Made by a program: the position numbers and the translations under genes
NCBI RefSeq assembly: GCF_001194135.2
Contig: NC_068992.1
Location: 26,106,180 to 26,140,611, forward strand
Direction of reading: 5' to 3'
From: Octopus bimaculoides
Lineage: Eukaryota
DNA: 34,432 nt
In this document: positions 1 to 11,350 of the stretch, one piece after another
Layout of the letters: every line of letters starts with the position of its first letter
Position numbering within the stretch: the first letter of the stretch is position 1
The notes under the pieces: model-generated
Told to the model about the DNA's origin: nothing
The model's input: only the letters and a program-made list of their open reading frames with translations
Database searches by the model: none

Positions 1-75
1 TATATATACGTGTGTGTCTCTGTGTGTGTGTTTGTGTGTGTATGTATGTATATACAACATATAAGTATAAAACAG

Positions 76-203
76 GGATGGGCCAGAAAATGCTTAGAAG
101 AAATAAAACAAGGATTTAAGAAATGCAACATGGGGACGATTTTGTATAAACCTCATAGCATTTTGGTACAAACGTTTTACGGAGGTATCGATATACATGG
201 TCA
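76..203 (+). CDS. Candidate internal coding exon A (phase 0 to 2): GWARKCLEEIKQGFKKCNMGTILYKPHSILVQTFYGGIDIHG; product unidentified
   Basis: AG at 74-75 (weak pyrimidine tract) and consensus donor CA|GTAAGT at 204-209. Only one frame is open. The trailing CA joins the first base of exon B to give His, in frame. Confidence 0.5.
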
Positions 204-1568
204 GTAAGTGAGAATTGAAATATAATGAAAATCAATTAGACAAAAATTCAATGATATGATAGTCAGTGATTGATCACTTAGACCAAGTCAGGAAACTAAG
301 AGAAGCAGAAGTTTGAGAAAGATTTGATCTAAAATTGTGTCAGAAAATCTTTCAAAAGTTATATGTGATCGTAGAGTTGTCGTTATGAATCGATAAGCGA
401 TCTTGATAGAAAAAATAAATAAATAAAAACAAATTTTGAGAGAAAGAGTCGAGTTCGATAGATTCGATCTCGTAACTATATAAAGACTCATAGCTAGGTA
501 CTACAGAACAGCTTGTCCGAGATTCTTACAATTCGGCCAAGCCACGAGACTAACTAGGAAAAAAAAAGGCGGGGATTTCTAAAAGATAGACACATTTGGA
601 GAATTATATAATCAGAAAATTGATACCACTTAAACATTTTAGTAATATTTAAACTATCGAAACCGAATTTTTGAAAGGCCGTGTTTGAATCCGGTGCAAT
701 TCAACCATCAGTCTCAAAACACATAACTAATTACATCAACAACCGTAGCGCTACAGATTCCACTTGTTGACATCGACCACAACACCAAACGGCAAAATCT
801 TCGAATTCACAAGAGTTTCTTCAAAAGGTTGCGCAATCTGCTACGAGTAACAAGAAAGTAATCTTCTGTTCACACATTGTAGCGTCTTAGGACGGAAATA
901 CATTTGGTCAACGTCAGTTGACCTAAGAAGGAATGGCTTTCATGAGAGATTCGACCAGAGCGGTTTTCAGGCTACATAACAAAAGTATTAACAACAGAAA
1001 CGAGGACGAGGACACCTACTTTTATTAAATAGTTTGTAATTTGGGAACAAGAGCAGTAGATTAAGCGGTAAAGAGTGAGTCATTACTTGCTTTTTGTGAA
1101 ACAGAGTATGAAAATTGATCGCAGTATTATTTGAACTTAAAACGTAAAGAATCAAGAGAAAATCACTCAGGGAATATTCTCATACTTTCTAGAGACTCTT
1201 GACAGCTCACTGCCTTTAACAGTTCTACAAAAAACAGATTAAAATATTTTGCAATGCTTGTGATGTTAAAAGAGTTCTCTCGTAAAATACTACTATAAGT
1301 AGAGATAAGTTTAGAATAAATACGCATCGGCAAAACTGAGCAAGAGATGAAACAGAAGAGAGGAAAAAACGCAGGTAAAGCTTGCATAAAATGTAGATTT
1401 TAATACATTTAAAAAGAGTGAGAAGTTAAAATTTCGTGATCCATACAAACTTTAATAATCTTCTGTGCAAAAAGTAATGGGAATATATATTGATTAATGG
1501 GCGATACATATGTGTGATATAGGTACATACTCTGGATACAGACCTATATACACTTTCATATATTTATT

Positions 1569-1571
<3 letters not shown>

Positions 1572-1610
<39 letters not shown>
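1572..1610. repeat. (TG)n microsatellite
   Basis: Direct reading. Confidence 0.95.
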
Positions 1611-1613
<3 letters not shown>

Positions 1614-1969
1614 TAGAGAGATATGTTGATAGATATATGCATGAGTGCATCAATATAAACACCTACATATTGAAATAAACTTACCTCTCCTACATTTAAT
1701 GAAAATCGTGTAAAATGAAATGGCAGCTATACATCAATGAAATCTCTAAGAACTTTTAGGTTGCAAGAGAATAAAAACATCTTCAAATGTAAAGTTAAAT
1801 GATATCGATGAATTAGTTTACTAGGGGCATACTTGGCAATAAAATTCTAAAGGTTTAAAATGGATTTTATATTTGGATTATACTTGAAGAAGTAAATGAT
1901 TTAGTATAGTTTGCAAAAGTTTCTATCTGTGTCACCACATCTCTAACATTTGTCTGTACTTCTATCACA

Positions 1970-1971
<2 letters not shown>

Positions 1972-2043
<72 letters not shown>

Positions 2044-2100
2044 ATCTATCACTCTCTCTCTCTCTCTCTCTCACTCTCTCACTTGCTCTCTACCTCTCTC
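1972..2100. repeat. (CT)n microsatellite with degenerate extension
   Basis: Direct reading; explains the SLSLSL ORF 1950..2204. Confidence 0.95.
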
Positions 2101-2344
2101 TTTCTCACTCGCCTCCTCACCCTCACTTTCCTGCTCCTTTTCTCTTTTCTCCTTTGTATCTGTTCGCTACAATCTCCTCATTTTTTCATGGGCTTTCTCA
2201 TTAATTTTCATCATCTCTTAACATATTCCCTTTATAGCAATGTTTTGTGAGAATACAGTACAACATTTAACAACCGAATATATCTTTGGATTTTAGCTAA
2301 CACTATGTGCAGTATACGCAAAGACTTATCCATCATTGTCATCA

Positions 2345-2572
2345 TCAACCTCTGTATTTTTACGGTCGCGGGTGTTGGGGACATAAGGCCGGTTATCCGG
2401 TTTCAAAAACGTATCAGTTAACGAGATCACGATATTCGTCTTGAAGAGGTCGCCAGTCGTCCACCGGGTTACTCACAGCCGAAGAACACAACGCGCAACC
2501 TGATCTTGGATTCGAAACCTTGATTTTGAGATCGCGAATGCATCACCCTATACACTAAACTATACACGAACA
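2345..2572 (-). mobile_element. Decayed tRNA-derived SINE (CORE-like central segment)
   Basis: Reverse strand reads ...gtttagtgtatagggtgatgcattcgcgatctcaaaatcaaggtttcgaatcc... (A/B-box-like head) then gcgcgttgtgttcttc. Homologous to the SINE head at 27140-27238. Confidence 0.7.
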
Positions 2573-3229
2573 CTAAACAACTTCGAGATCTAGTTATTTT
2601 CTAATATACTATGGTGCCTCAGATAAATTTATTGTTAACACAGGGTGTACCCTATTTGCGTAGAAAAAGCATTTCAGGCATCGAGATTAATTAATAAATT
2701 CTTCATGTGCTAACAGTCTCATTTGTTTCAATACTATACTGCACCACCGCAGAAAATAGCTTTTTAATATAAGCGAAATGCAGTAGTTTTACACTCGTAG
2801 AATATAATTACCCTGCTTTACAGACTTGTCAGCAACAACAATATCTATTATTTATATATTTGCACAAAGTATTCTTAATCATGTTAACCCTCTAATATTA
2901 GCACTACAAATATTAGCATGACAAATTCGCAGTTGGTGGAATTAACTGTAGTATGTGTCTAGGTGGAGATTATATTCTAGATCCGTCTAGATATTGACTT
3001 TTAATTTTAGCAGAATTTCAATTCGAAATCATAAATAAAGACTGAAAATACTTAGACATATATGACTCAGTGAAGTTGCACCGGTTCAGCTACTACATAC
3101 ATTCTATAAAACTCAGGGCACACCTAAAAATCTCCATATTCACAGTTGCAGCAACGGACGCATAGTGTACAGCCGTCGAGAGCATCGCAGTACCTAAAAA
3201 ATTACAACAAAAGAATAGCTTCATGAAGA

Positions 3230-3510
3230 CAAGAGCTATTCGGTTCACAATCGTAAGACCGGGAGTTTGATTAACGGCGGAACGTCTGTCCTTGAGCAAA
3301 TTACTTTATTTTTCATTGCTGCAGTAACCTAAGCTGGCGAAAGTGAATGAGTTTTAGCTGCAAATCGAGGAGATAGTCTTGTAGCAAACTGTGTCCCTCT
3401 GAAGTATCTGCATAGTGCTCAGTCACTTGAATGTTAATTTCACGACCACGCTGTAGACTTCATCAAATCAGATACAACACCTGTCGTCTTGACCAGCGGA
3501 GGACTATCCC
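3230..3510 (+). mobile_element. Decayed tRNA-derived SINE
   Basis: cacaatcgtaagaccgggagtttgatt head remnant and gtccttgagcaaattactt core-like block. The 3' part agtgctcagtcacttgaatgttaatttcacgac aligns with agtgctcagccatttgctcgttaacttcacgag at about 26530-26560. Confidence 0.65.
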
Positions 3511-5317
3511 ACTTGTAGGCACCATTAGTACCTTCCTAAATTCATTTGCTAATTTTCAGCGAAACAAGCGTCGGATGGTTTCTTTTTTTTTTTTTTTTTT
3601 TGCATCCTTTATAAACTAAATTAATTCATCATATACAATCGCAGGAACTTCGAATACTACACGGAACAGAATGTAGAATATAATTAATAGCATAATAAAT
3701 TGGAGGCCGTGTGCCTTCCCATTTTATGTATTCTTCCATCAATATAGAAAGATAAGTAGAATAATGGAATGACTGTAAAAATTTCCTTCAAATTTACGAT
3801 CATAACGGATGAAATTATTATGTATTTCCACAGCGAAACGGATTTGTTGCATGTTAAGCAACACTAAAGCTTCACAAATATAGTTCGTTCTTAAATTATG
3901 AGGAACATTAAAGCATGATTCAAACTGAGGACGAAATCATTTGGACTGGTTTCAGGTTTTATTCAAATTCCTCAGCACTGATATGTTTTCATGTGTTTAA
4001 TTATATTTCACTACTATCTTACATTTTTGCGCCCATAATAATTTCAGAGGAACAGGAAGGAAGATATTGCAAATTGTAATTCGGACAAGAGAACAGCAGC
4101 AGATACATTATTTACAGTATATGCTTCAAATCGTATATATTTTTAACACTTTCAGTTTCGTTTCTGTGCTATCATCTTTGTATGGCGGCAGTCCATTCAT
4201 TTGTGAATGAAGCACTTCACTTGTTTTACTACAGTCCTTCATTTCTCTCGGCATTACAGTTTCATGGTAGAAATGAATGAACGCCACACTCTCTAATTTT
4301 TCGACTGTGTGCAATTCATCAAAAGAGGAAAACACAAACATATGCACACAAGCATACACATAGACACACAAACATACATACACACACACACATATATAAG
4401 CAATTATAATCATAGACATATAATAGAAAAGCGTTGTCATATATATGCATATATAAACGTCATATGTATGTATGTATGTGCGTGTGTGTGTGCGTCTGTT
4501 TCTGCATTCACATACACACACACACCCATATATACAAATATATATACCTATATACATATTTATATATGTAATCACATAGATAATGTACACATAGTGACGG
4601 ATTTGTTCTGTCTCAGCTGTCTTGTGATCATGTACACAACTAGTGAATATACTCACTCTGAAGTCTCCATACGCGTTTGTTCATGAGTGTGAAATGATGG
4701 TATTGAAGATTCACAAAGTTGAACACTTGATGGGGAATTTGCAAAACAAGATAGGTTTTTATATGAAAGAGTTTTGTAGCTTTGACAGGCTTGTACCATG
4801 ATACGCTACTACATTTCGAATTCGTATAGAAACGTGTATGCACATAATTCTCAAAGTATACGTGTATCTCCATAGTTTACAACAGATGAACATATCCATA
4901 TGTAGGAATACGTGTGTATGTATGTCTGCGTGCGCGCGCTTGTGTGTGTATCTGTGTGTTGTGAATAAGCATCTCATATTTACCAAAACTCGCAAAAAGT
5001 ATATATAGGTATATATGTATATACATATCTATATGTATACATCTATAAAAAAAAGTAAAATATATCAGTAATGTTGAATGATGTCTCAGACTTAGCCACA
5101 TATTACATATAACAAAATAAACCTACATATTTATAATTTAAACCAAAATATCATAGAAACATTCATATAAGAATGAACTCCAAGAATCCACAATGATCGG
5201 AGTATGAATACCTTCACCCATTGCATAGAATTCTATTTCTTTAAAAATATTTGTTGCTGAGAAACGTGACACTTATAGTGTATATTGCGAAACTTGTAAC
5301 TCAGAAGTATATATATA

Positions 5318-5607
5318 NNNNNNNNNNNNNNNNNNNNNNNNNNNNNNNNNNNNNNNNNNNNNNNNNNNNNNNNNNNNNNNNNNNNNNNNNNNNNNNNNNN
5401 NNNNNNNNNNNNNNNNNNNNNNNNNNNNNNNNNNNNNNNNNNNNNNNNNNNNNNNNNNNNNNNNNNNNNNNNNNNNNNNNNNNNNNNNNNNNNNNNNNNN
5501 NNNNNNNNNNNNNNNNNNNNNNNNNNNNNNNNNNNNNNNNNNNNNNNNNNNNNNNNNNNNNNNNNNNNNNNNNNNNNNNNNNNNNNNNNNNNNNNNNNNN
5601 NNNNNNN

Positions 5608-5608
<1 letters not shown>
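5318..5608. other. Assembly gap (N); other gaps at 7251-7550, 14077-14086, 14597-14712, 16175-16352, 17205-17591, 24280-25054, 29621-30180, 31862-32522
   Basis: Runs of N flanked by (TA)n, (AG)n or (TACA)n, consistent with microsatellite-induced contig breaks. Exons could be hidden inside them. Confidence 0.99.
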
Positions 5609-5640
<32 letters not shown>

Positions 5641-6299
5641 TGATGCTGCAGAGGTCTTTTAAAGATGTATATTGACTTGACGGGTTTCACTTTATAAAAC
5701 CAAAAAAAAAAAAAAAGAATTTCAAAAGTAAAATATAAGGCTTTGCGATTCCATAGTCATAGACTTTTACTGAAAGTTATGAGTAGTCTGTCTCACAAGA
5801 TTCCGAGGACTCGTGATGACTAACAGCACTGCTTCTTCTTTAGAAACTAGTAGTTAAATAAGACGAAAGAATGATACATAAGTTTCGTTGGCGTTCTGTT
5901 TAATCTGTTAATATCCCGTCATTTGTATTACGAGGATCTGAATGTACAACTTGTATTTCAATCTTAAAACGGTTAGAATTTGATTTGATGAGAAACATTT
6001 CTATTCCTATTATATTAAGCTTGCGCCGAGATAGCCGCGGAATGACTTTTCTTTAAAGCGAACATTGAAAGAGAGACTTTTATCATGACGATGGACCATC
6101 CACGCGAAACGTATACGAACCATTCACATTTAAGTCAGCTTTTCAAGAAAACTAACGTCTTAGCTCTCAGCAGCCCTCAAAGAGCTAAACAATTACTTTA
6201 TATTATAAGTTCTAACGTGTAACCAATCATAATATTCTGTATTATTTCTATATATTGGTCGAATTATTACTAATGCTGCTGCTGTGAATTCTATCGTTA

Positions 6300-6591
6300 T
6301 TTTTGCTAAGCTGCTATTCTTTACATTGTTTTATTCCATATTGTTGCTGTTTTTCCTTCTATAGAAATTGTTCCTCTCATCGTAATAGTTGCTGTTATTG
6401 CTTTCTTTTCTAGTTGTTTTCTTAGAAAACTTGTCTGATGCATTATTTTTGCCAAGCTCTTTTTTTTTATTGTTTTACTTACTGCTGTTGCTATTTCTCT
6501 TTGCTATAGAAATTCTTCTTCTCGTTGTAATAATTGTTGTTATTACTTTCTTTCTCTCGTTCGTTTTCTTAGAAAACTTCTCTGATACATT
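6300..6591. repeat. Diverged tandem duplication, 2 copies of about 146 bp
   Basis: atagaaatt at 6361 and 6506; cttagaaaactt at 6421 and 6568; tttttgc(t/c)aagct at about 6300 and 6446. Confidence 0.85.
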
Positions 6592-6775
6592 TATATTAAT
6601 TTTCATTTCCAAATGAAATACTTTAAGCTGAGATAATGCTTAACCATTAATTGCCAAACAATATTTCTTTCTTTCTTTTGTTATAATGTCTTTGAATTCA
6701 CATTTCTTTCATTCAACTTCCTATCCTCCTTTCGCTATTTCTTCCTTCCTTTCTTTTATGTTTTGTATTTTGCAG

Positions 6776-6878
6776 CCAATACCGATATACATTGTTTGAA
6801 CTCATTTCTGAAAGAATTTTGCGAGGCGGTATTCGTATTCATTTCACAACCGAAACTTTGTCTGGTCACACAAGTAAC
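6776..6878 (+). CDS. Candidate coding exon B (phase 2 to 0): QYRYTLFELISERILRGGIRIHFTTETLSGHTSN
   Basis: Very strong acceptor ttcttttatgttttgtattttgcag; donor AAC|gtatgc (alternative CAA|gtaacg at 6874). Phase-compatible with exon A upstream and exon C downstream. A second frame (NTDIHCLNSF...) is also open. Confidence 0.55.
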
Positions 6879-7799
6879 GTATGCAAGATTTAATTTTTTG
6901 TCTTTAAATCTTTTCTATTCTGAATTATCATTCACTAATGACGAGATACTCACTCAGCCGATTTAAGACCTACTCTATAATTTGCCTCTGTTCTTTTCTT
7001 TCTGTTCATTCATTGTATCTTCCCACCCAATCGATTCGTTACTTCTCTCATACGTGTCGATTATCAGAAAAAGTTTTTAGATTCTTCTTAAATTGCTATT
7101 TAAACAGACATCAATAAAATGTTTGCTTACTATTTCCTTCTATTACAAGCACATTAAAGTTTACTCCAACTTATATGTGTATGCACGTGTGTGCGTAAGT
7201 ACGCGCACATAGAGATATACATGTATATATATAAATCTAAATAAATAAATNNNNNNNNNNNNNNNNNNNNNNNNNNNNNNNNNNNNNNNNNNNNNNNNNN
7301 NNNNNNNNNNNNNNNNNNNNNNNNNNNNNNNNNNNNNNNNNNNNNNNNNNNNNNNNNNNNNNNNNNNNNNNNNNNNNNNNNNNNNNNNNNNNNNNNNNNN
7401 NNNNNNNNNNNNNNNNNNNNNNNNNNNNNNNNNNNNNNNNNNNNNNNNNNNNNNNNNNNNNNNNNNNNNNNNNNNNNNNNNNNNNNNNNNNNNNNNNNNN
7501 NNNNNNNNNNNNNNNNNNNNNNNNNNNNNNNNNNNNNNNNNNNNNNNNNNATATATATATATATATATATATACATTCATACATGCATATATATTTCGTG
7601 CACAATGTACATGTTCAATCACTTTTAGTTAGATGATTATAAGGAATCGTACCTACGAATGAATTTCTATAATTATAAGTCTATGAGTACACGTACATGT
7701 TATACATCTACATGATACGAGTCACTGCACGTACGAATATATGTGAATACGCGATCTATCACATGCACGCAAATGCAATGCATACATGTATTTACAAAA

Positions 7800-7905
7800 T
7801 CTTTCATGCATACACACACACATACACACAAACACACAAACACACACACGCACACGCATACACACAAACACACAAACACACAAACACACAAACACACACA
7901 CACAC
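7800..7905. repeat. Compound (CA)n/(CAAACA) microsatellite
   Basis: Direct reading. Confidence 0.9.
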
Positions 7906-8354
7906 ATGAATACTCGTGCTTAGAGAAACACAGACGCGTGGTTACTTGTATGTGAGCGTTCGCGTATGTAGAGACAAATATACGTATAGAAATGGCTATA
8001 GATTTATGCATTAATGAGTAAATCTATATATGCATATTTCCATATCATCAAAGAAGCATATATCCGTTCGAATACATACGTTGTTATTGTAGAAACTACA
8101 AGTACATATGACTAGGAAATATATTTTAGGAGCGATATGTGTAGATCACAACAATATATTCCTCAATACTTTCACACACACCGCATTCGCTTATTGTGAT
8201 AATTGTTCATCACATGTATTTTCTTTTCGCTCTAATACTCTTAGGATCTTACTTTATTGATTCTATTTTAAATTTCAATGAGTTAGTGATGTGTGAATCC
8301 TGAACGAAAATAGGATGAATATTAGGCGTAAGAACTTTGGGTAAAAACTTTGGG

Positions 8355-8469
8355 TAAGGACTTTGTTTCCCAGCCAAATCATTCCGGGTTCAGGCTTTCT
8401 AATATAGCTGTAGACCAATCATAGACATGTGAGTGGATTTGGCTGATGGAAACTGAAAGAAACATGTCG

Positions 8470-8475
<6 letters not shown>
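8355..8475 (+). mobile_element. 5' half of high-copy tRNA-derived SINE (same family as 25268-25645 and 29136-29498)
   Basis: ttcccagccaaatcattccgggttcag...gtgagtggatttggctgatggaaactgaaagaaacatgtcgtatatg aligns with the 5' half of the other copies. Confidence 0.8.
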
Positions 8476-8520
<45 letters not shown>

Positions 8521-8799
8521 AGAGGGGGACAGAGAATGCGAGATTTATTGAAACATAGATGCAACCAAGTTATTCTGATCTGAAGATCAAGCCTTGTCTA
8601 GCTGCATTGGTTTGTAAATGTACGATAGTTCTGTACATTGTGTCGCATGTGTATTGGAGAATGAATGTAGAATACGTTATTACGCAGTGAAATTAATACT
8701 ATATGTTGGAGGCTGTAAAACAGCTGTCGTCCTTCGGATGTCAACTGGTTGAATGAACATATTCAACACTCACACCATTCTGACATTTTAGTATGAGTC

Positions 8800-9030
8800 T
8801 GTGTATGGATATTCATCTTTGTGTCTGCTTGTCCCCTACCAACGCTTGACAGCCTGTGTTGGTGCGTTTATGTCCCCGTAGGTTAGCGGTTCAGCAATGA
8901 GATCGATAGAATAAGAAGCAGGCTTTAAAAGAATAAGTACTGGATTCGATTCCTTCGACTAAAAACTCTTTAAGGCGGTGCTCCAGCATTGTCAGAAGTC
9001 TAATGACTGAAATAAGTAAACGATAAAAGG
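8800..9030 (+). mobile_element. 3' half of the same SINE family
   Basis: gtcccctaccaacgcttgacagcc...tgtccccgtaggttagcggttcagc...ggcggtgctccagcat...aatgactgaaa aligns with 29310-29498. Confidence 0.9.
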
Positions 9031-9059
9031 TAAACGATATTACTTTACGTACAAAAATC

Positions 9060-9275
9060 CATCATTTTGAAAACAAATTCTACGCCGGAAGCAAAAGTCA
9101 CAAATCAAATTTCCATCACACAGCATGTTGTTGATAGATCTCCTCCCTTTAATGTCGTTAACATTTGATTCAAGCGTGACCATCCTTTCCGCTCCAGACC
9201 TAATATGTCAAAGGTTACATTGTTCACAAGATATTTTTTGATTTGAATTGTTGGAGATGTATTTAACAAAGATTT
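9060..9275. mobile_element. Fragment of an interspersed non-autonomous (MITE-like) repeat
   Basis: ccggaagcaaaagtcacaaatcaaatttccatcacacagcatgttg...gaccatcctttccgctccagacc resembles a recurrent octopus repeat I recall. There is no second copy in the window to confirm it. Confidence 0.45.
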
Positions 9276-9293
9276 TAATGTTATTTATTGCAG

Positions 9294-9331
9294 GCTGAGC
9301 CACAAGGTAGAGCAGCATGGATTCGTGTTAG
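9294..9331 (+). CDS. Candidate 38-bp coding exon C (phase 0 to 2): AEPQGRAAWIRV
   Basis: Acceptor ttatttattgcag and consensus donor AG|GTAAGC; open in the frame required by exon B. Confidence 0.55.
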
Positions 9332-9714
9332 GTAAGCATACAATATCTCAATACATACAATATGCATCTAGTTTACATCTTGAAGAATTCTACGTTATTA
9401 ATATGTCAACATAAATGATATATTTACAGAAACACTCATAATTGCCATATCATTTTAAAGATTTCGTGCATGATAAATACTTGATATTTAATTTGCATAT
9501 CCATGAACATATATAGAGTTATTCGTCTAGAAATAGTGTGTGCCAGGTAAGAAACCCAGAGAAATGTAATTATATAAAGGATGCTGTATGTACAAAATTC
9601 AGAATCGTTATAGAGTGTTAGATAAAAAGAGTATAAACAGAGTATTTAGCATACGTTCGAATCGGAAATATACTGGTGTCATATATATAATTTAGAACTG
9701 ATAGTTAGGCAGAA

Positions 9715-10275
9715 GATGAGATAGGTCAAAGTATATTGGTGAGTTGTAGATGATACAGTCATTATTTTCTGGTTGTCCTGTCTATTTTGATTAGTTCATG
9801 TAGAGTGCAGTTAAGAATATTGTAGCTATAACTCATAACTGGGACGGCTAGATTGTTGAAACCTATTATCTTGTTTGTCGCTTTGAGCTCTGTTTTCTAT
9901 ATTAATCTAGCGTGACTATAATATTCATTTCTTATCTTCTCTTTTATTTGTATGTGTTGTATCGTATCTAGTTCATTCATTCATAAGTATGTCTGGTTTT
10001 GGTCTAATTCTCTTGTTTCCTTTGCTTTATCTAGTGTGATGTTGTTACTGTTAACTAGTTTTCCTCTTTTCAAGGTTGGTTTGGCATATTTTTCTAAACC
10101 AAATTTTATGTTTATTTCTTTGATAAATCCATGTACTGTCTGTAATAATGTTTCCAGCTGTTTATCATTTGTAGCTTACAGTTTTAGAGCATCCATATAC
10201 AAGAGCTAGTGGATCGTGTTGCCGTAATAGTTGTATCCACATCCAGTTCTGTTTAGCCTGTCAGATTTGTTTAGT
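9715..10275 (-). mobile_element. R4/Dong-type non-LTR retrotransposon, degenerate RT/thumb fragment
   Basis: Minus strand translates ...LLYMDALKL*ATNDKQLETLLQTVHGF...KFGLEKYAK...KEKIRNEYY...TELKATNKIIGFNNLAVPVMSYS..., matching the YMDDLKL / FGLDKCAK / LAVPV..YS motifs of R4-clade RTs; contains stops. Confidence 0.85.
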
Positions 10276-10283
10276 ATATTAGA

Positions 10284-10480
10284 TAAAGCAGCGAGCTGGT
10301 AGGATCATTAGCACGCCGGAAAAAATGCCTAGGAGCATTTCATTCATCGTTCTGTTTTTAGATCACAATCCGCCGAGGTCGACTTCGCTCCTCGTTCTTT
10401 CGCGGTCGATAAAATGATTATCAGTTGATCACTGCGATAGGTGAAATCTGCTTACCCCCTCCTCTAATTTGCTGGGAAAC
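10284..10480 (+). mobile_element. tRNA-derived SINE (family with ccgaggtcgact...ggtcgataaaat central domain)
   Basis: gcgagctggtaggatcattagcacgccgg...atccgccgaggtcgacttcgc...gcggtcgataaaatg; homologous to 21185-21420 and to 26819-27029 (reverse). Confidence 0.85.
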
Positions 10481-10534
10481 CGTTATTATCCTTATTTTAT
10501 CGGGAAAATTTTCAACTTTATTTTGCCGGGTATG

Positions 10535-11235
10535 GTGAAGATGTGCCAGCTCTCCACAGCCTGGAGACTAAGGGGACACTTGTCTACTGTTCACCCTTGC
10601 AGAACGCAATGAGTTATACTCTTGCCGTTAAAAGCAACGATAATTCTTGTAGGTATTCTATCATTACGTTCCTTTTAATCATGTTTATATATGTTGATAT
10701 TTGGGCAATGACACTTCCAAGTACACAAATCACTATTGATATCACGTCTACTTTATTCATTGACCCCAACCTGCATATTTCCCACTACTTTCTCTTCAGT
10801 CCTGTTGTCACCAGGACATGCTATATCAATGATCAGAGAAGATTTTCTTTTTCTCTACTGTTCACTACAACAACGTCGTGCTTTTGACGTTTTATCAGAT
10901 GGTCTGAATGAATCATTACATCCCATAGATTTTAACATCCTCTTTCTCAGTAACTCACTCTGACATTTGACCATACCATACCTTTGATCTTTCTAGGACA
11001 TAATTTCTACAAAGCTCCATGTGGATCATTCTTGGCACGTTGTCATGTTGTCTTTTGTATTCGCGTTTTACCAACTTCGAGCACTGGATAACAGCGTACC
11101 ACACTATTTTACCCCTCTCACCAAACATTCTGCATTTAGCACTTTCGACTGCCTGACAGAATCATTAGACAAAATGTTTCGCTACATTCTTCCAACTTCT
11201 AAACTCGCTTGTAAATTCCTGGCCTTGTGCATTTT
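10535..11235 (-). mobile_element. R4/Dong-type element, zinc-knuckle plus restriction-like endonuclease 3' fragment (pseudogenised)
   Basis: Minus strand: CRMFGERG...QCSKLVKREYKRQHDNV...VKILWDVMI...DIACPGDNR..., i.e. CCHC remnant, RHD motif and PD-(D/E)xK region typical of RLE-bearing LINEs. Confidence 0.85.
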
Positions 11236-11274
11236 CGAGAAATAATTACTGCCATTACTTTTATTTTTATTAGT

Positions 11275-11350
11275 ATCATGACCATCATCAACATTCTTAT
11301 CATCACCATCATCATCGTCGTCGTCATCATCATCATCAACATGAACATCA
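11275..11350. repeat. (ATC)n/(GTC)n trinucleotide repeat
   Basis: Direct reading. Confidence 0.9.

Noticed and set aside
210-1400. Non-microsatellite block that may be a decayed TE coding region
   Set aside because: No recognisable motif in the frames I examined, so it cannot be classified without a search.
9709-9744. Apparent micro-exon AEDEIGQSIL with a GTGAGT donor
   Set aside because: Lies on the antisense strand at the edge of the R4/Dong RT fragment, and the acceptor is weak.
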